A stretch of DNA of 64,000 nucleotides from Eledone cirrhosa. Taxonomy: Eukaryota. Below the pieces are notes generated by a model. It did no database searches, was not told the DNA's origin, and saw nothing but the letters and a program-made list of their open reading frames with translations. Both the position numbers and the translations under genes were made by a program. Below, one piece after another: positions 38,023 to 51,015 of this stretch (position 1 is its first letter; every line of letters begins with the position of its first letter). The DNA lies in assembly GCA_964016885.1 (NCBI GenBank), contig OZ024754.1, positions 38,316,001 through 38,380,000 of the forward strand, in the 5' to 3' direction.

Positions 38023-39074
38023 CCCCATTACACAATGCTTCAAGTGAACTATAACTTCCTCCTATATATATATATATATATATCTCCTGAGCGTGAGTCC
38101 TCCACCTACCCCCCACTCTCCTGAGCGTGAATTTAATAAACATTTATCGTACTGCCTCTCTGTTCTGTCCCTGTTCAATTTTTCATTATATATATATATA
38201 TATATAGTTGTTTCTACTTTTGGCACAAGGCCAGCAATTATTCCAGTGTATTACTGGTACTTTATTTTATCGACCCCGTAAGGATGAAAGGCAAAGTTAA
38301 CCTCGGCGGGATTTGAACTCAGATCATAAAGGGAGGTAACACTATGCTTTAAAGCATGGCGCCCGACCCTCTACCGATACTGCCAATATATAATACAAGG
38401 TTCAAAGGTCCAGAAGTCATAGTAGGCATGTATGTAAATCATGCGATGTGAAATGACCGGATCAAGAAAGAAACCAGTGATCCAGGTTCAGGCCTCATAC
38501 CTCTCATCTTTACCGTACAAACCAACAAGGAAGCCTCTACATAGTAGCTTGCTGTTTGAACTAATAGAAATAGCAGCCATAGCTCCCTCAAATTTCATGA
38601 TGATGTCAAAAACCCCAACAAAGTTGTTGATGATTGAGAAAGCTCTATAGTTGCCTGCAACTAATATGTCATCTGTTTACAGCTTGATAGGCTGGACCAA
38701 TTATAGTTAAGCTGTCTTGGCCATAAATAAACATAACAAAACACAGATAAAAGGGTGTTTTACATCTTTCGAAGTCGCTAGCGACTCCATGAGATGCTTT
38801 CTGGTAACATTATCATCTCCGGGCGGTGGATTGGCCGTATCGGTAGAGGGTCCGACGCCATACTTTCCACCATAGTTACGTCCCTTTACGGTCTGAGTTC
38901 AAATCCCGCCAAGGTTAACTTTGCCTTTCATCCTTATGGGGTCGATAAAATAATGTACCAGTAATGCACTGGTGTAATTGCTGGCCTTGTGCCAAAAGTA
39001 GAAACAATTATCATCTCCAACAGTAAGGAGTTACTTTGCTTGCTAATTGTTCATCAAGAGTGGTCTCCCTTAGT

Positions 39075-39090
39075 GTTGTCCCTAGGCAAC
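39075..39090 (+). promoter_or_regulatory. RFX X-box-like motif GTTGTCCCTAGGCAAC upstream of IFT43 ATG
   Basis: Perfect GGCAAC half-site in an imperfect palindrome, ending 22 bp before the ATG of a putative ciliary gene. Confidence 0.5.
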
Positions 39091-39112
39091 CATACTTGTA
39101 TATATTTCCAAC

Positions 39113-39148
39113 ATGGAGGACTTGGAGATCGGAGAATCGAAATCTCGA
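39113..39148 (+). CDS. IFT43: probable IFT43 exon 1 (MEDLEIGESKSR)
   Basis: CCAACATGG Kozak-like start and GTGAGT donor; MEDL start resembles vertebrate IFT43 (from recall). Confidence 0.7.
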
Positions 39149-39757
39149 GTGAGTGAACTTATACATTCTTTCGTTATTTTTGCAGTGATTTAGGGCAGTG
39201 GCTTGACAGTATCAGTGTAGTATTGAACACAAAGCTTCGTGGTATTTAGTCACGACTTTCTACGTTCTAAGTTCAAATCCCGCCGAGGTCAACTTTGTCT
39301 TTCATACTTCCGAGCTCGATAAAATAAAATACCAGTAACGTACAGAGATTCAGTATAATCCCCAAATTACCTAACGTAGAAATCATTATTTCGTAGTGAT
39401 TGTTTATTTATGGAAGGCTTTTTTTATTTTTATAATATTGTTTATTGTCACATTCTTAACATTGATTTCTAATTGTATAAATGACATTACAAATCGTTTG
39501 CAATTCTTTCAGAATGAAAATATAAACAGAGCATATAAATAAATTTACAGTAGAATAACATAACAAATATGTTTTAAATATATACATAAATAACATTACA
39601 AATGCTTAGACAACATTATAAATTGCTCGCGATTCATTCAGAAAGATATATTCTTTTAATGTTACAATATTAAAGAAAATGTAAAGGAAGGGATGAACAA
39701 CCGAGCCAACACCAGAGCAAAAGACAGCAACGTCGCGAGGAGTACTGGGCAACCTCT

Positions 39758-39919
39758 TTAATGATTTTTGAGGCAAGCCAGCACACTGGCAGTGTTACCT
39801 CGGGTGATGGCGAGGCTGATGCGCTGGAACAGCCAAGTGCCCTCGCGAGATTCGCCAGTCACCTCTATTAGGCGAGCCGCAGTCAGCGGCCCGACTCCCC
39901 CAAACGTCTCGAAAACCAT
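39758..39919 (-). mobile_element. 3' remnant of a CRE-like (restriction-like endonuclease) non-LTR retrotransposon
   Basis: Translates as MVFETFGGVGP...TGESREGTWLFQRISLAITRGNTASVLAC*, matching the ET.G..G...QRIS.AI.RGN C-terminal signature. Confidence 0.7.
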
Positions 39920-41298
39920 ATTTCTAATTTATATACAAGTTCAGCAATTTGTGGGTGGTCAAAGTCGATTACATCGACCCCAGGAAATTACAAATGCATT
40001 ATTTTATTAACTTCGAAAGGATAAAAGGCAAAGTTGATCTCGGCGGCGAGGTTTGAACTGAGAACGTAAAAAAAAACCAGAAAATACAGCGAAGCGTTTG
40101 TTGGACTTTCTAACAATTCTGCCTAAAATGTTTAACCTGAGTAAACCTGGTCAACTTTGCTTTCACAAATACCGAACCCAGAGATATCCATTTGAACAAA
40201 GCAGCCACTTAATATTTTAATATTTTCACATTGTTATTATTGTGGGATCCATTGTCTCAAGAAACTTCCAAAGAATCTAGGTATTAGTTGATTGATATTT
40301 AAATTTTACTTTAATGAAGCCTGACCAACAACTCGTTCGATATTAGTTTTCTTTAGAAACCGTTTCGTTTATATCGTCGATTGTATAGATGACACCACTA
40401 TCCTCATTATCATGTTATTTCATAGAAAACTGCGGCTTTGTATTTATGTTATGAATTAATAAATGTAATGAATGCGATTTGCATACATTTTTATCGCGTG
40501 GTATTTACTGTAAATAATTTTAATGAATTGTGAAAATTATCAAAACATTTTCAAAGAAACCCAACCAAAACCTTTTCCTAAAACAATGTTTAAAATAAAA
40601 TACCAAATGTGACAACAGAAGCAGCAGTATATTATATATAATATTGTAAACAAAGAAAGCAAATTAATATCTTCGTAAAATACCGTTGAGTATAGACTAG
40701 AGTTGCCTCCCTTACGTTAAAATAAACTTAAAATAGACATTAAAAAATGGGAATAGACGGCCTTCACATTTAATCACACATCATAACAAAGAGTACTGGA
40801 GTCTTCTGCAAATAATTTTTAATGTCTGTTTTAGTTACGAAGTCCTCTTGTAAATGACGTAGTCGTATGTAATAAAATACCTTCCTTATTTTTCTAATTG
40901 ATATTCTCCCAGCCCCGGAGACTTCTTCGGTGGGAATTTGTTTTCTAGTTGTTTTTTTTCCGACATATCTATCATCCGACTCACTCGCCGACGACTCCTT
41001 TTTTCCCGAACGCAGAGGCGATGAGGGTCCCCCCTGAATGCTTCTGTTTTAAGAAAAAAAGTTGATTGCGAGCATGTCGGAGGTCAGATTTATTTGAAAA
41101 CACGGAAAAACCTAGAAAAAAAAAAATTCCTTAACGAACACCAGCGGGTGCTTTTCTATAGATTTAACTTATATTTATATAAGTTAAATGATTTCACCCA
41201 ATTGCAGAATCGTTAGAGCGTTGGACAAAATGTCTTCACACGTTATGCAAGAATTTCCAGCATTCATGCATTTAGCTGAAAATTCCATTATTTTAGGG

Positions 41299-41850
41299 CA
41301 GGGGTCCCCAACCTTTTTACATGCAAAGGCCACATTAACATTCCAAATTTAGATGAGGTCCACATTTTAGAATTATCCATACTATCGAAGACAGTTCACA
41401 TTTTTATGATGACAGACGTGCACTTAAATTGCCGCGTTTTCAATCAAAACTCGTTAGACACACATATTTTTACGAGAAAGTTTTTTGAAATCTGTCTCGT
41501 TATCTATAAAGAAACACACAAACCTGTTTTTTTTTTCCCTTTTTTTGAAGTTGTGTTGCCTATATGTTGAATTTTTTCCACACACAGAATACACACATAT
41601 ATACATATGCACTGTGACGGAGAGACAGGGGGAGAAATAGGTTTCCTTTTATAATATAGATTACTACTACTACATTGCAAATTAGTTTGAATTTATATAA
41701 AAATTGGCGCAAATATTTGAAACGCCGCAAAATATCCTGGCTACGTGCGGTCTGCTGGATAACAGCATAATTATTATATTGTTCTGAGGGCCGCACTGAA
41801 CATCTTTAAGGGTAGCGTGCAGCCCTAGGGCCGCAGGTTGGGGATACCTG
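41299..41850. mobile_element. hAT-like MITE
   Basis: TIRs CAGGGGTCCCCAACC and GGTTGGGGATACCTG; degenerate 8-bp TSD. Confidence 0.75.
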
Positions 41851-42202
41851 TATTAGGAGATATCTCGATATGCCATTGTGTTGCACTCCAATTTTTTTTA
41901 TTCAGGTGATCTTCTGACTTATTCCGAAGTCTGTGAGAAAAGTTTTTTGATGTTGGCTTAAACAGGTTATCTCGTTTTATTGTATATGAAGACCATTAAA
42001 AAATAAAAACAAAAGCAGATAGATATTATTTGACGTTTTATTATAAAAATTCTATCATTTAAAACAAGGCTAAAATCACTTAATGTAAATAAGAGTGGTT
42101 GGCAACAGGCAGGGTACCCTCTGTATAAAATATGCCTAAAAGGGTTGAGAAGACCCTTTAGTTGTGTCAAAGACACAACCTCTCTAGTGTTAATGATCTA
42201 CA

Positions 42203-42510
42203 CCAGGCATGTCAAACATGCAGCCCGCGGGCTTCATGTGGCCCTTTACAAGCACACCGGCGGCCTGCACAAATGTTTTTACAGTGCGAGCATGTTTTAT
42301 CTTCGTAATATAAAATGTTTTTAAATGTGTTGTAATGTACACAATTAGTTGTCACGTGTGGCCCTCAGACAACACATGTGTGGCCCTCAGACAACACATA
42401 TGTGACCCATGTGTGGCCCTCAGACAACACATATGTGACCCATGTGTGGCCCTCAGACAACACATATGTGACCCATGTGGCTCTCGGCGGGGGACCCTCA
42501 GTTTGACACA
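42203..42510. mobile_element. hAT-like MITE with a short internal tandem repeat
   Basis: CAGGCATGTCAAAC ... GTTTGACAC; repeated GTGGCCCTCAGACAACACAT units. Confidence 0.6.
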
Positions 42511-42958
42511 ATAAATGTACCTAGTACACGCTGTAAAGTGGTTGGTGTTATGAAGGACATCCAGCTATAGACTGGTTGCCAAACTCAGTGCTGTGAGGAC
42601 CATTTAGCTGTGTCAAGGACATGACAGACTCCCTAGTGTAAGTTAAAATGAAACACCTGCAGCCACATCTGAACTCATGCTCAGTAATGCTAATGTCACC
42701 ATCATTATCATTACTGTTTTACGTCTGTTTTTTCATGCTTGCATGATGTGTGGCACTTTATTGATTTCACCATTTTATCTGTCACTTATGGGGCGGGGGA
42801 AGGGAGATATAAAAGAAAATTATTCCAGCATAATCTTTCCTGAGATTTGTACATTATTCTATGTACTATACATGTACCTTTGATGAGTTGTAGTGCACCT
42901 GAGCACTACACAATATTTTCATTATGTTATTTGTAATTGTTTGTTATTTTTCTTTTAG

Positions 42959-43012
42959 ATAGCAAAACAAGGAAGACGAGCAACCAAATTTTCGCAACCT
43001 AATGAAACAGAG
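42959..43012 (+). CDS. IFT43: probable IFT43 exon 2 (IAKQGRRATKFSQPNETE)
   Basis: Strong polypyrimidine-TAG acceptor and GTAAC donor; AKQGRRA resembles human AKMGRRA. Confidence 0.75.
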
Positions 43013-43194
43013 GTAACTGGAAATGGTTTTTTTGTGCAACTTTTTAAAATATGTGTAATTACAATGAAATTCCGTTATAACGAAATTTACGGGGTATAAA
43101 ATATATTTGTTGCAACTAATAATTCTTTATAACGAGATCGACCGAAACAAATCGAGTGTTTGTTATTATCTCAGGGATTGAAAAAAATTTCATT

Positions 43195-44650
43195 ATAATG
43201 ATGATCTAACTCTCATAGCTGAATCTATGGCAGTTAGAGAAGAAATTCCAAACCTGGAAGTATGAGCTAGAATCAAAGTTAACTTGTCAAAGACTTTAGT
43301 CCTAGTATGTAGAAAGGAAAACAGGGTCCAGATCTCCTCTGGGAAATGACCTTGCTCAGTGTGCAGGAAAGGAGTAGGTAGAAATTCCATCCTATGTTCC
43401 AAATGCAAGTTATGGGTACATAAAAGATGTAGTGGCATCACAAGCAGGCTAGCAAAGAATGTAGGCTTTATATGCAACTGATGCTCAGGTATAGTAAGTA
43501 GCAAGTGCCCACAGAACACTTGCGCAGATGGTACTAAGGAAATAGTCAACTCCTTCCTTTATCTGGGTGGTGAAATCAGCAGTGGAGGAGGGTGTTCTGA
43601 AAGTACAGTAGCCAGAGTAAGAATGGGATGGAGAAAGTTCAGAGAGCTGCTACCACTACTAGCTACAGAAGGTTTTCCCCTTAAAATGATTGTATGATGC
43701 ATGTATATGAACAACAATTTTGCATGGTAGTGAGATCTGGGCACTGTGTGCAGAGGACCAACAAAGGCTGGAAAGAAATGAAGTATGCATGCTCCGATGG
43801 ATGTGTAATAGTAATAATACATGAATGGCAAAGTGTAAATGAACTAAGAGAGAAATTAGGTATAAGGGGGATCAGATGCAGTATGCTAAAGAGATTGCAT
43901 TGGTATGGTCACGTGATGCGTATGAAGGATGACAGTTGTATAAAAAGGTGCAGGGCGATCAATATTGATGGAAGCCTTGGAGTAGGAAGACCTGGGATGA
44001 AGTGATAACAGCTGACCTTGCGCAACTGAACCTCTCAAAGACAATGACACATGATCGAGATCTTTGGTGTTACGCAGTAATACAGAAGACACGCCTTCCC
44101 ATGTACAGATTCAAACATACACCTACTAGGCAACTCTTAACCACTATACCACCACTCACTCTTGTCCACACCACTGTCAACAAAACATATCCAGTCCCCA
44201 CTGTAAAGTAGTCATCTAGGTATCACGACAAAAAGCACCCAGCACACACTGTAAAGTGGTCATCTAGGTGTCATAACAAAAAGCACCCAGCACACACTGT
44301 AAGGTGGTCATCTAGGTGTCATAACAAAAAGCACCCAGCACACACTGTAAGGTGGTCATCTAGGTGTCATAACAAAAAGCACCCAGCACACACTGTAAAG
44401 TGGTCATCTAGGTGTCAACAAAAAGCACCCAGCACACACTGTAAAGTGGTCATCTAGGTGTCAACAAAAAGCACCCAGTCCACACTGTAAATGTGGTAGG
44501 CATTCGAAGGGTATCCAGCCATAGAAACTTAGCCAGAAACAGTCCTATATGAGTAAGACACAGTCACCTGACCCAAATTACCTTAAATGGGACGACCCGT
44601 CTAACCCATGCTAGCATGAAAAATGGACGTTAAACACTGATGATGATAAT
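43195..44650 (+). mobile_element. 5'-truncated, degenerate copy of the same RTE LINE family
   Basis: DDL.LIAES, Cys finger and WYGHVMRMKDDSCIKRC remnants with stops/frameshifts; same 3' tail with ~6 copies of the ~48-bp unit at 44200-44495. Confidence 0.9.
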
Positions 44651-46104
44651 GGTGATATCAAATGGTATTCAAAAGTAATGTTCTGTGACTTACTGGTGCA
44701 CCATGGCGGGATTTGAACTTATAAAGTTGTTGCTAAATACTGTAAAACAGTTTATCTCATGCTCTACCAATACTATCAACCCACCACCCCACCACCCTAC
44801 CAATACTATCAACCCACCACCCCACCACCCTACCAATACTACCAACCCGCCACCCTACCAATACTACCAGCCCACCACCCTACCAACTGACCACCCAACC
44901 AATACTGCTAATCCACTGCCCTTGTGCAGTCATAACACAAAGCTTCTGTTTTATTTAACTTTTAACATCCTATAAGGATTTAGTAGAAAATATTTTTAAA
45001 TAAGTTTATTTATTCAAATATTTGTCATATCTCTACTAGTAGAGAGATCTTTGTAAAAAAAACTAAGAGTAAACTTAAGTAAAGACTTCAATGTTTAATA
45101 TGATGCAGCTATAATACTATTATATACTTTTCAAGAATATCTTGTGAATGTGACTTCATGTGATACAAGACATGAACCCTTTAACATTTAAACCGGCCAT
45201 ATCCGGCCAGAATTCTCTCACCTCTTTCTGTTCAAACCAGCTGTAACTGGCCACTCATACTAACGTTAAGGTATTGTTCTCCAAATAAATAATATCAAAA
45301 TCTTATAGATTCGATATTATGTGAGATAATTATGTGAGGGAAAGCCTTTACCATGAAAGTATAATAATATATATAAAGTAATGTAAATATTAAACAGTTA
45401 AGAGCACATCTGTCTTTCAACCAAACCTATTATTTCTACAATAGTTCCAGTTGCCTCACAAACTGCACTTGCAACACTTTTTTGTTTGAATTTCTTTTCT
45501 GATTTCATATATTCGCCATTGTTTTTTTCCTGACTGTTCACAGCAATTTCTCTTCTTTTTTCCTTCTAAATATATTTTCTCTAGTCCTATAATTGCCAAA
45601 AATTTACTTATTCTACTGCTTTTAGAAATCTTCTGCATATTTCTATTCTTTGTGTATCCAGCAGCCTACCAATTCAACATTCTAGATGGAGTCCGTTCTC
45701 TACTGTAAATACATTCCTGGTGCACCTATCTATTTCAGATTAGTATTTAGCCACTGAAGGAGAGCTTCAGTCATCATCATCATTTTTTTACGTCTGCTTT
45801 CCTATCGTTGCATGGGTTAGATGGGTTTTTTCCAGCCCAATCTCATTCCACTTGTAGCCTTCCTTTATCATCTCCATTTTGAGATCAGCTCTCTTCTCCG
45901 CCCAGAATTTTCTTTGTCTTCCTCTACTACGGCTTTATTCCACTGGCATCATCCGGCACTTCTTTACCCAGCATTCAACATCCATATACATCACATGTCC
46001 ATACCAGCACGGTTTTCTCTCTTGCACACTACATCTGATTCCTCTTTTGTCCAACTTGTCTCTCAGTTCACTCACACTCGGTCATTCATGCACACACTAT
46101 ATTG

Positions 46105-48017
46105 CAGGGGCATGCAACAGGCAGCCTGTGGTCCACAATCTAGCCCGCCAGACCAGTCAGAGTGGTCCGTGATGACCATTTAAAATTTTTACCTTGTAGG
46201 CTTATTTAGAATTTTTTTGTAACTGTAATACAATTTTCTGTTAATTGACCTAAACTAAAGGACTTCACTGATAAGGTTATGTGTGTTATAATGTCCCAGT
46301 TGACCTAAACTAAAGGACTTCACTGATAGGGTTATGTGTGTTATAATGTCCCAGTTGACCTAAACTAAAGGACTTCACTGATAGGGTTATGTATGTTCTA
46401 ATTTCCCAGTTGACCTAAACTAAAGGACTTCACTGATAAGGTTATGTGTGTTATAATGTCCCAGTTGACCTAAACTAAAGGACTTCACTGATAGGGTTAT
46501 GTGTGTTATAATGTCCCAGTTGACCTAAACTAAAGGACTTCACTGATAGGGTTATGTATGTTCTAATTTCCCAGTTGACCTAAACTAAAGGACTTCACTG
46601 ATAAGGTTATGTGTGTTATAATGTCCCAGTTGACCTAAACTAAAGGACTTCACTGATAGGGTTATGTATGTTATAATGTCCCAGTTGACCTAAACTAAAG
46701 GACTTCACTGATAGGGTTATGTATGTTCTAATTTCCCAGTTGACCTAAACTAAAGGACTTCACTGATAAGGTTATGTGTGTTATAATGTCCCAGTTGACC
46801 TAAACTAAAGGACTTCACTGATAGGGTTATGTATGTTCTAATTTCCCAGTTGACCTAAACTAAAGGACTTCACTGATAAGGTTATGTGTGTTATAATGTC
46901 CCAGTTGACCTAAACTAAAGGACTTCACTGATAAGGTTATGTGTGTTATAATGTCCCAGTTGACCTAAACTAAAGGACTTCACTGATAGGGTTATGTGTG
47001 TTATAATGTCCCAGTTGACCTAAACTAAAGGACTTCACTGATAAGGTTATGTGTGTTATAATGTCCCAGTTGACCTAAACTAAAGGACTTCACTGATAGG
47101 GTTATGTGTGTTATAATGTCCCAGTTGACCTAAACTAAAGGACTTCACTGATAGGGTTATGTATGTTCTAATTTCCCAGTTGACCTAAACTAAAGGACTT
47201 CACTGATAAGGTTATGTGTGTTATAATGTCCCAGTTGACCTAAACTAAAGGACTTCACTGATAGGGTTATGTATGTTATAATGTCCCAGTTGACCTAAAC
47301 TAAAGGACTTCACTGATAGGGTTATGTATGTTCTAATTTCCCAGTTGACCTAAACTAAAGGACTTCACTGATAAGGTTATGTGTGTTATAATGTCCCAGT
47401 TGACCTAAACTAAAGGACTTCACTGATAGGGTTATGTATGTTCTAATTTCCCAGTTGACCTAAACTAAAGGACTTCACTGATAAGGTTATGTGTGTTATA
47501 ATGTCCCAGTTGACCTAAACTAAAGGACTTCACTGATAAGGTTATGTGTGTTATAATGTCCCAGTTGACCTAAACTAAAGGACTTCACTGATAGGGTTAT
47601 GTGTGTTATAATGTCCCAGTTGACCTAAACTAAAGGACTTCACTGATAAGGTTATGTGTGTTATAATGTCCCAGTTGACCTAAACTAAAGGACTTCACTG
47701 ATAGGGTTATGTGTGTTATAATGTCCCAGTTGACCTAAACTAAAGGACTTCACTGATAAGGTTATGTGTGTTATAATGTCCCAGTTGACCTAAACTAAAG
47801 GACTTCACTGATAGGGTTATGTGTGTTATAATGTCCCAGTTGACCTAAACTAAAAGACTTCACTGATAGGGTTATGTATGTTCTAATTTCCCAGTTCCAT
47901 GTTATGGAAAGACATTGTGGTGAGTCTTTGGAATTGCACTTAATAAATATTAATGGCGGTAATAGTTGTTCTAATGTTCAAAAGTATCCTGCCAATGGAA
48001 TATATTGCACACCCCTC
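46105..48017. mobile_element. same hAT MITE family, expanded by an internal 55-bp tandem array
   Basis: Ends match 9400-9720; degenerate 8-bp TSD (CTATATTG / ACATATTG). Confidence 0.85.
46243..47897. repeat. 55-bp minisatellite, about 30 copies
   Basis: Unit GTTGACCTAAACTAAAGGACTTCACTGATA(A/G)GGTTATGTGTGTTATAATGTCCCA. Confidence 0.97.
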
Positions 48018-48716
48018 ACATATTGGTCTCTTTATGATATTTCATTTCTTGTCTACTCCTAACTTCACCGGGGCTCTCAGGCTCCCAGCTCAAGATAATC
48101 CCACATACAAAAGCATAATGCTTGCTCCAATGTATTTTCATTTACCATCACTGATATCATCTAATCAGAATCAGACATTATATATTCTTCTGGAGGTGTA
48201 ATATTTATGTGCATGAACTACAAAGCATGGAATAGTTGAGAGAAGAAAGATGGGTATAAGAGCAATCAGATGTAGTGTGAAAGCATGATGGCTGCACTGG
48301 TGTGGACATGTGATTCATATGGATGATGATCATTGGGTGAAGAAATGCCAAGAAATTCTCGTGGAGAGAAGCTGCTATTAGTTGTTTCCACACTTGTCGA
48401 AATCAGCTTCTCTTAATAGTTTTCACACCTGAGCTAAACAAATGATAGTTTGTGACCTTGTGTTAGTGTTAGGAGTTGTTGTTGTTATACATAGACACAT
48501 ACAAACACACATACATACCTAGACACATACATATATATACATACATACAGACACACATGTACATAAACAAAAGTCACCAGTTGCTTTTAGCATTCTTAAA
48601 ATGAATGCGTGTATGTGTGTGTGCATGCATGTGTGTATATGAGCCTCTATGTGTATGTGTGTTAGTGTGTTTAACACTGGTATAAAATGTTTTCTGTTGT
48701 CACCAATTTATTACAG

Positions 48717-48781
48717 GAGGCACCGGTACTTGAAACAAAAGGCAGGGTATCAGGATGGTTTGATGAACCAAACAAAAGTCG
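48717..48781 (+). CDS. IFT43: probable IFT43 exon 3 (EAPVLETKGRVSGWFDEPNKS)
   Basis: ACAG/GTAAG boundaries, phase 0-2; SGWFD resembles the IFT43 GGW motif. Confidence 0.72.
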
Positions 48782-49444
48782 GTAAGCTACAAGAATATAT
48801 TTCAACTGTAAAAGTGTCTTAGACAGTGTTGGTGAGTTATATGCTAAACACATCCAGTACACGCTGTAATGTGGTTGGTGAAAGTAAGGCCATCTAGTTG
48901 TAGAAAACTTACTAAACAAAGAGTTAGAAGGATCCTTCAGTTGTCTCAAGGACATGACAATCTTTCTAGTGTTGGTGATCTACACAATAAACACACCCAA
49001 TACACGCTGTAATGTGGTTGGTGATAGGAAGGCCATCTAGCTGTAGAAAACTTGCTAAACAAAGAGTTAGAAGGATCCTTCAGTTGTGTCAAGTACATGA
49101 CAATCTCCCTAGTGTTGGTGATCTACATGATAAACAAAAAAGATAGAAGATTGAGCTGGTATGGATGATGAACACTTACTGAAGAGGTACCAGGTGATGC
49201 CAGTAAAAGGAAGCCACAGAAGAGGAATGTTGAGATAAACCTGAACAGAGGTTGTTAGAGCTGATCTCAAAATGCTGAACCTCCGAGAGGAGATGACAAA
49301 GGAATGCACCGAGTGGAGGGAGACTGGGCTGGCTGGAGATGTCCTATCCACCTCATGCAAACAAGGAAAAGTGGACTTAAAACGATGATGATGATGAAAA
49401 AATGGTAATATATAATATATATATATTATATCATATATGTATGA

Positions 49445-51015
49445 AGGATGCCCTTCCTAACACCAACCACGTTTACAGTGTGGACTGGGAACTTTTTACC
49501 GTGTTACCTACGCGGCCACATTACAGCGTGGACTGTGTGTTTTTTTTTTTCTCGTAACACCTACACGATCTCGATCTTGATCTCATTATCTCATTTATTT
49601 GGACTGGATGTTGTGGTACCGACTTTACAGAGAGAGGGTGGTGTTAGTGGGAGGATAGGGTAGGGGTAGTGGATTGGGGTGTATATTTGGTTAAGAGGTG
49701 CCTACTGACTGTAGGTTTCGCTTTGTACATAGGCAAGGCAGGTCTTCTGTATTACTGCGTAGCACCAAAGATCTTGGTCCAGTGACATTGTCTTAGAGAA
49801 GTGCAAGTGTGTACGGTCGGAATTTATCAAATCGTCCCAGGTTTTTCTGGGTCCACCTACTCCGTAACTACCATCAATTTTGATTGCCCTGCACTTTTTT
49901 ATACAGCTGTCGTCTTTCATGTGGATCACGTGACCATACCAACATAGTCTTCTCTCAAGTAAACAGCATCTGATCCCTCTTATTCCTAATTTCTCACTTA
50001 GTTCATTTATGCTTTGCTGTTCACGTATATTACTATTACACATCCAACAGAGCATGCATGCTTCGTTCCTTTCTAGTCTGCGCAGGTCCTCTGCACGCAT
50101 TGCTCATGTCTCACTGCCATGTAGCATTGCTGTTCGTATACAGGCATCATACAATCTGCCTTTCATTTTCAGAGAGAAACCTTTTGCAGCCAACAGCAGT
50201 ATAAGCTCTCTGAACTTTTTCCATCCCATTCTGACTCTACCTACTGTACTTTCACGGCACCCACCACCAGTGCTGATTTTGCCACCCAGGTAACGGAAAG
50301 TGTCCACTATTTCTATAGAATCATCTGGGCAATAGAAGGAGTTAGTATCCTTTGGACACTTGCTACTTATTGCACCTGAGCATCGGCCACATATAAAATC
50401 TACGTTCTTAGATAGTTTACCTGTGATCCCACTACATCTTTTATGTACCCATACTTTGCATTTGGGACATAAAATGGAATTTCTGCCTACTCCTTTCCTA
50501 CACACTGAGCATGGCCATTTCCCTGAGGGCACCTGTGCCCTATTTTCCTTTCTACAAACTAGAACTTTAGTGTTAGACAAGTTAACTTTAAGGCCTTTTG
50601 ATTTTAGGCCATGCTTCCATGTTTGAAATTTTTTTCTCTAGTTCAGCCATTGATTCAGCTATGAGAGTTAGATCATCTGCGTATAGGAGTTCCCATGGTC
50701 AGCCAGTCTTAAACTCAACTGTGATAGCCTGAAGGGCAATAATAAATAGGAGCGGGCTAAGGACAGAGCCTTGATGAACACCAATTTTTACACTAAATTC
50801 TTCACAATATTCATTGTTAATTTTAACCTTACTGACTGTTTCTTTATACATAGCTTGTATAGCTCTCACAAGCCATTCATCAACACCTAGTTTTCTAAGA
50901 GCCCACCAGATAATGGAGCGGGGGACTCTGTCAAAGGCTTTCTCCAGGTCTACAAAAGCTAAGTAGAGGGGTTTACTTTTAGCTAGGTACTTCTCCTGTA
51001 ATTGTCGTACAAGGA
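49445..51015 (-). mobile_element. 5'-truncated, degenerate copy of the same RTE LINE family
   Basis: LVRQLQEKYLAKSKPLYLAFVDLEKAFDRVP and KWPCSVCRKGVGRNSILC are near-identical to the 1370-4489 ORF but frameshifted; the 5' end abuts (TA)n. Confidence 0.92.

Noticed and set aside
41074-41082. ATGTCGGAG|GTCAGA as an alternative first exon of the plus-strand gene
   Set aside because: Weak donor; the 39113 exon has a better Kozak context, donor and homology.
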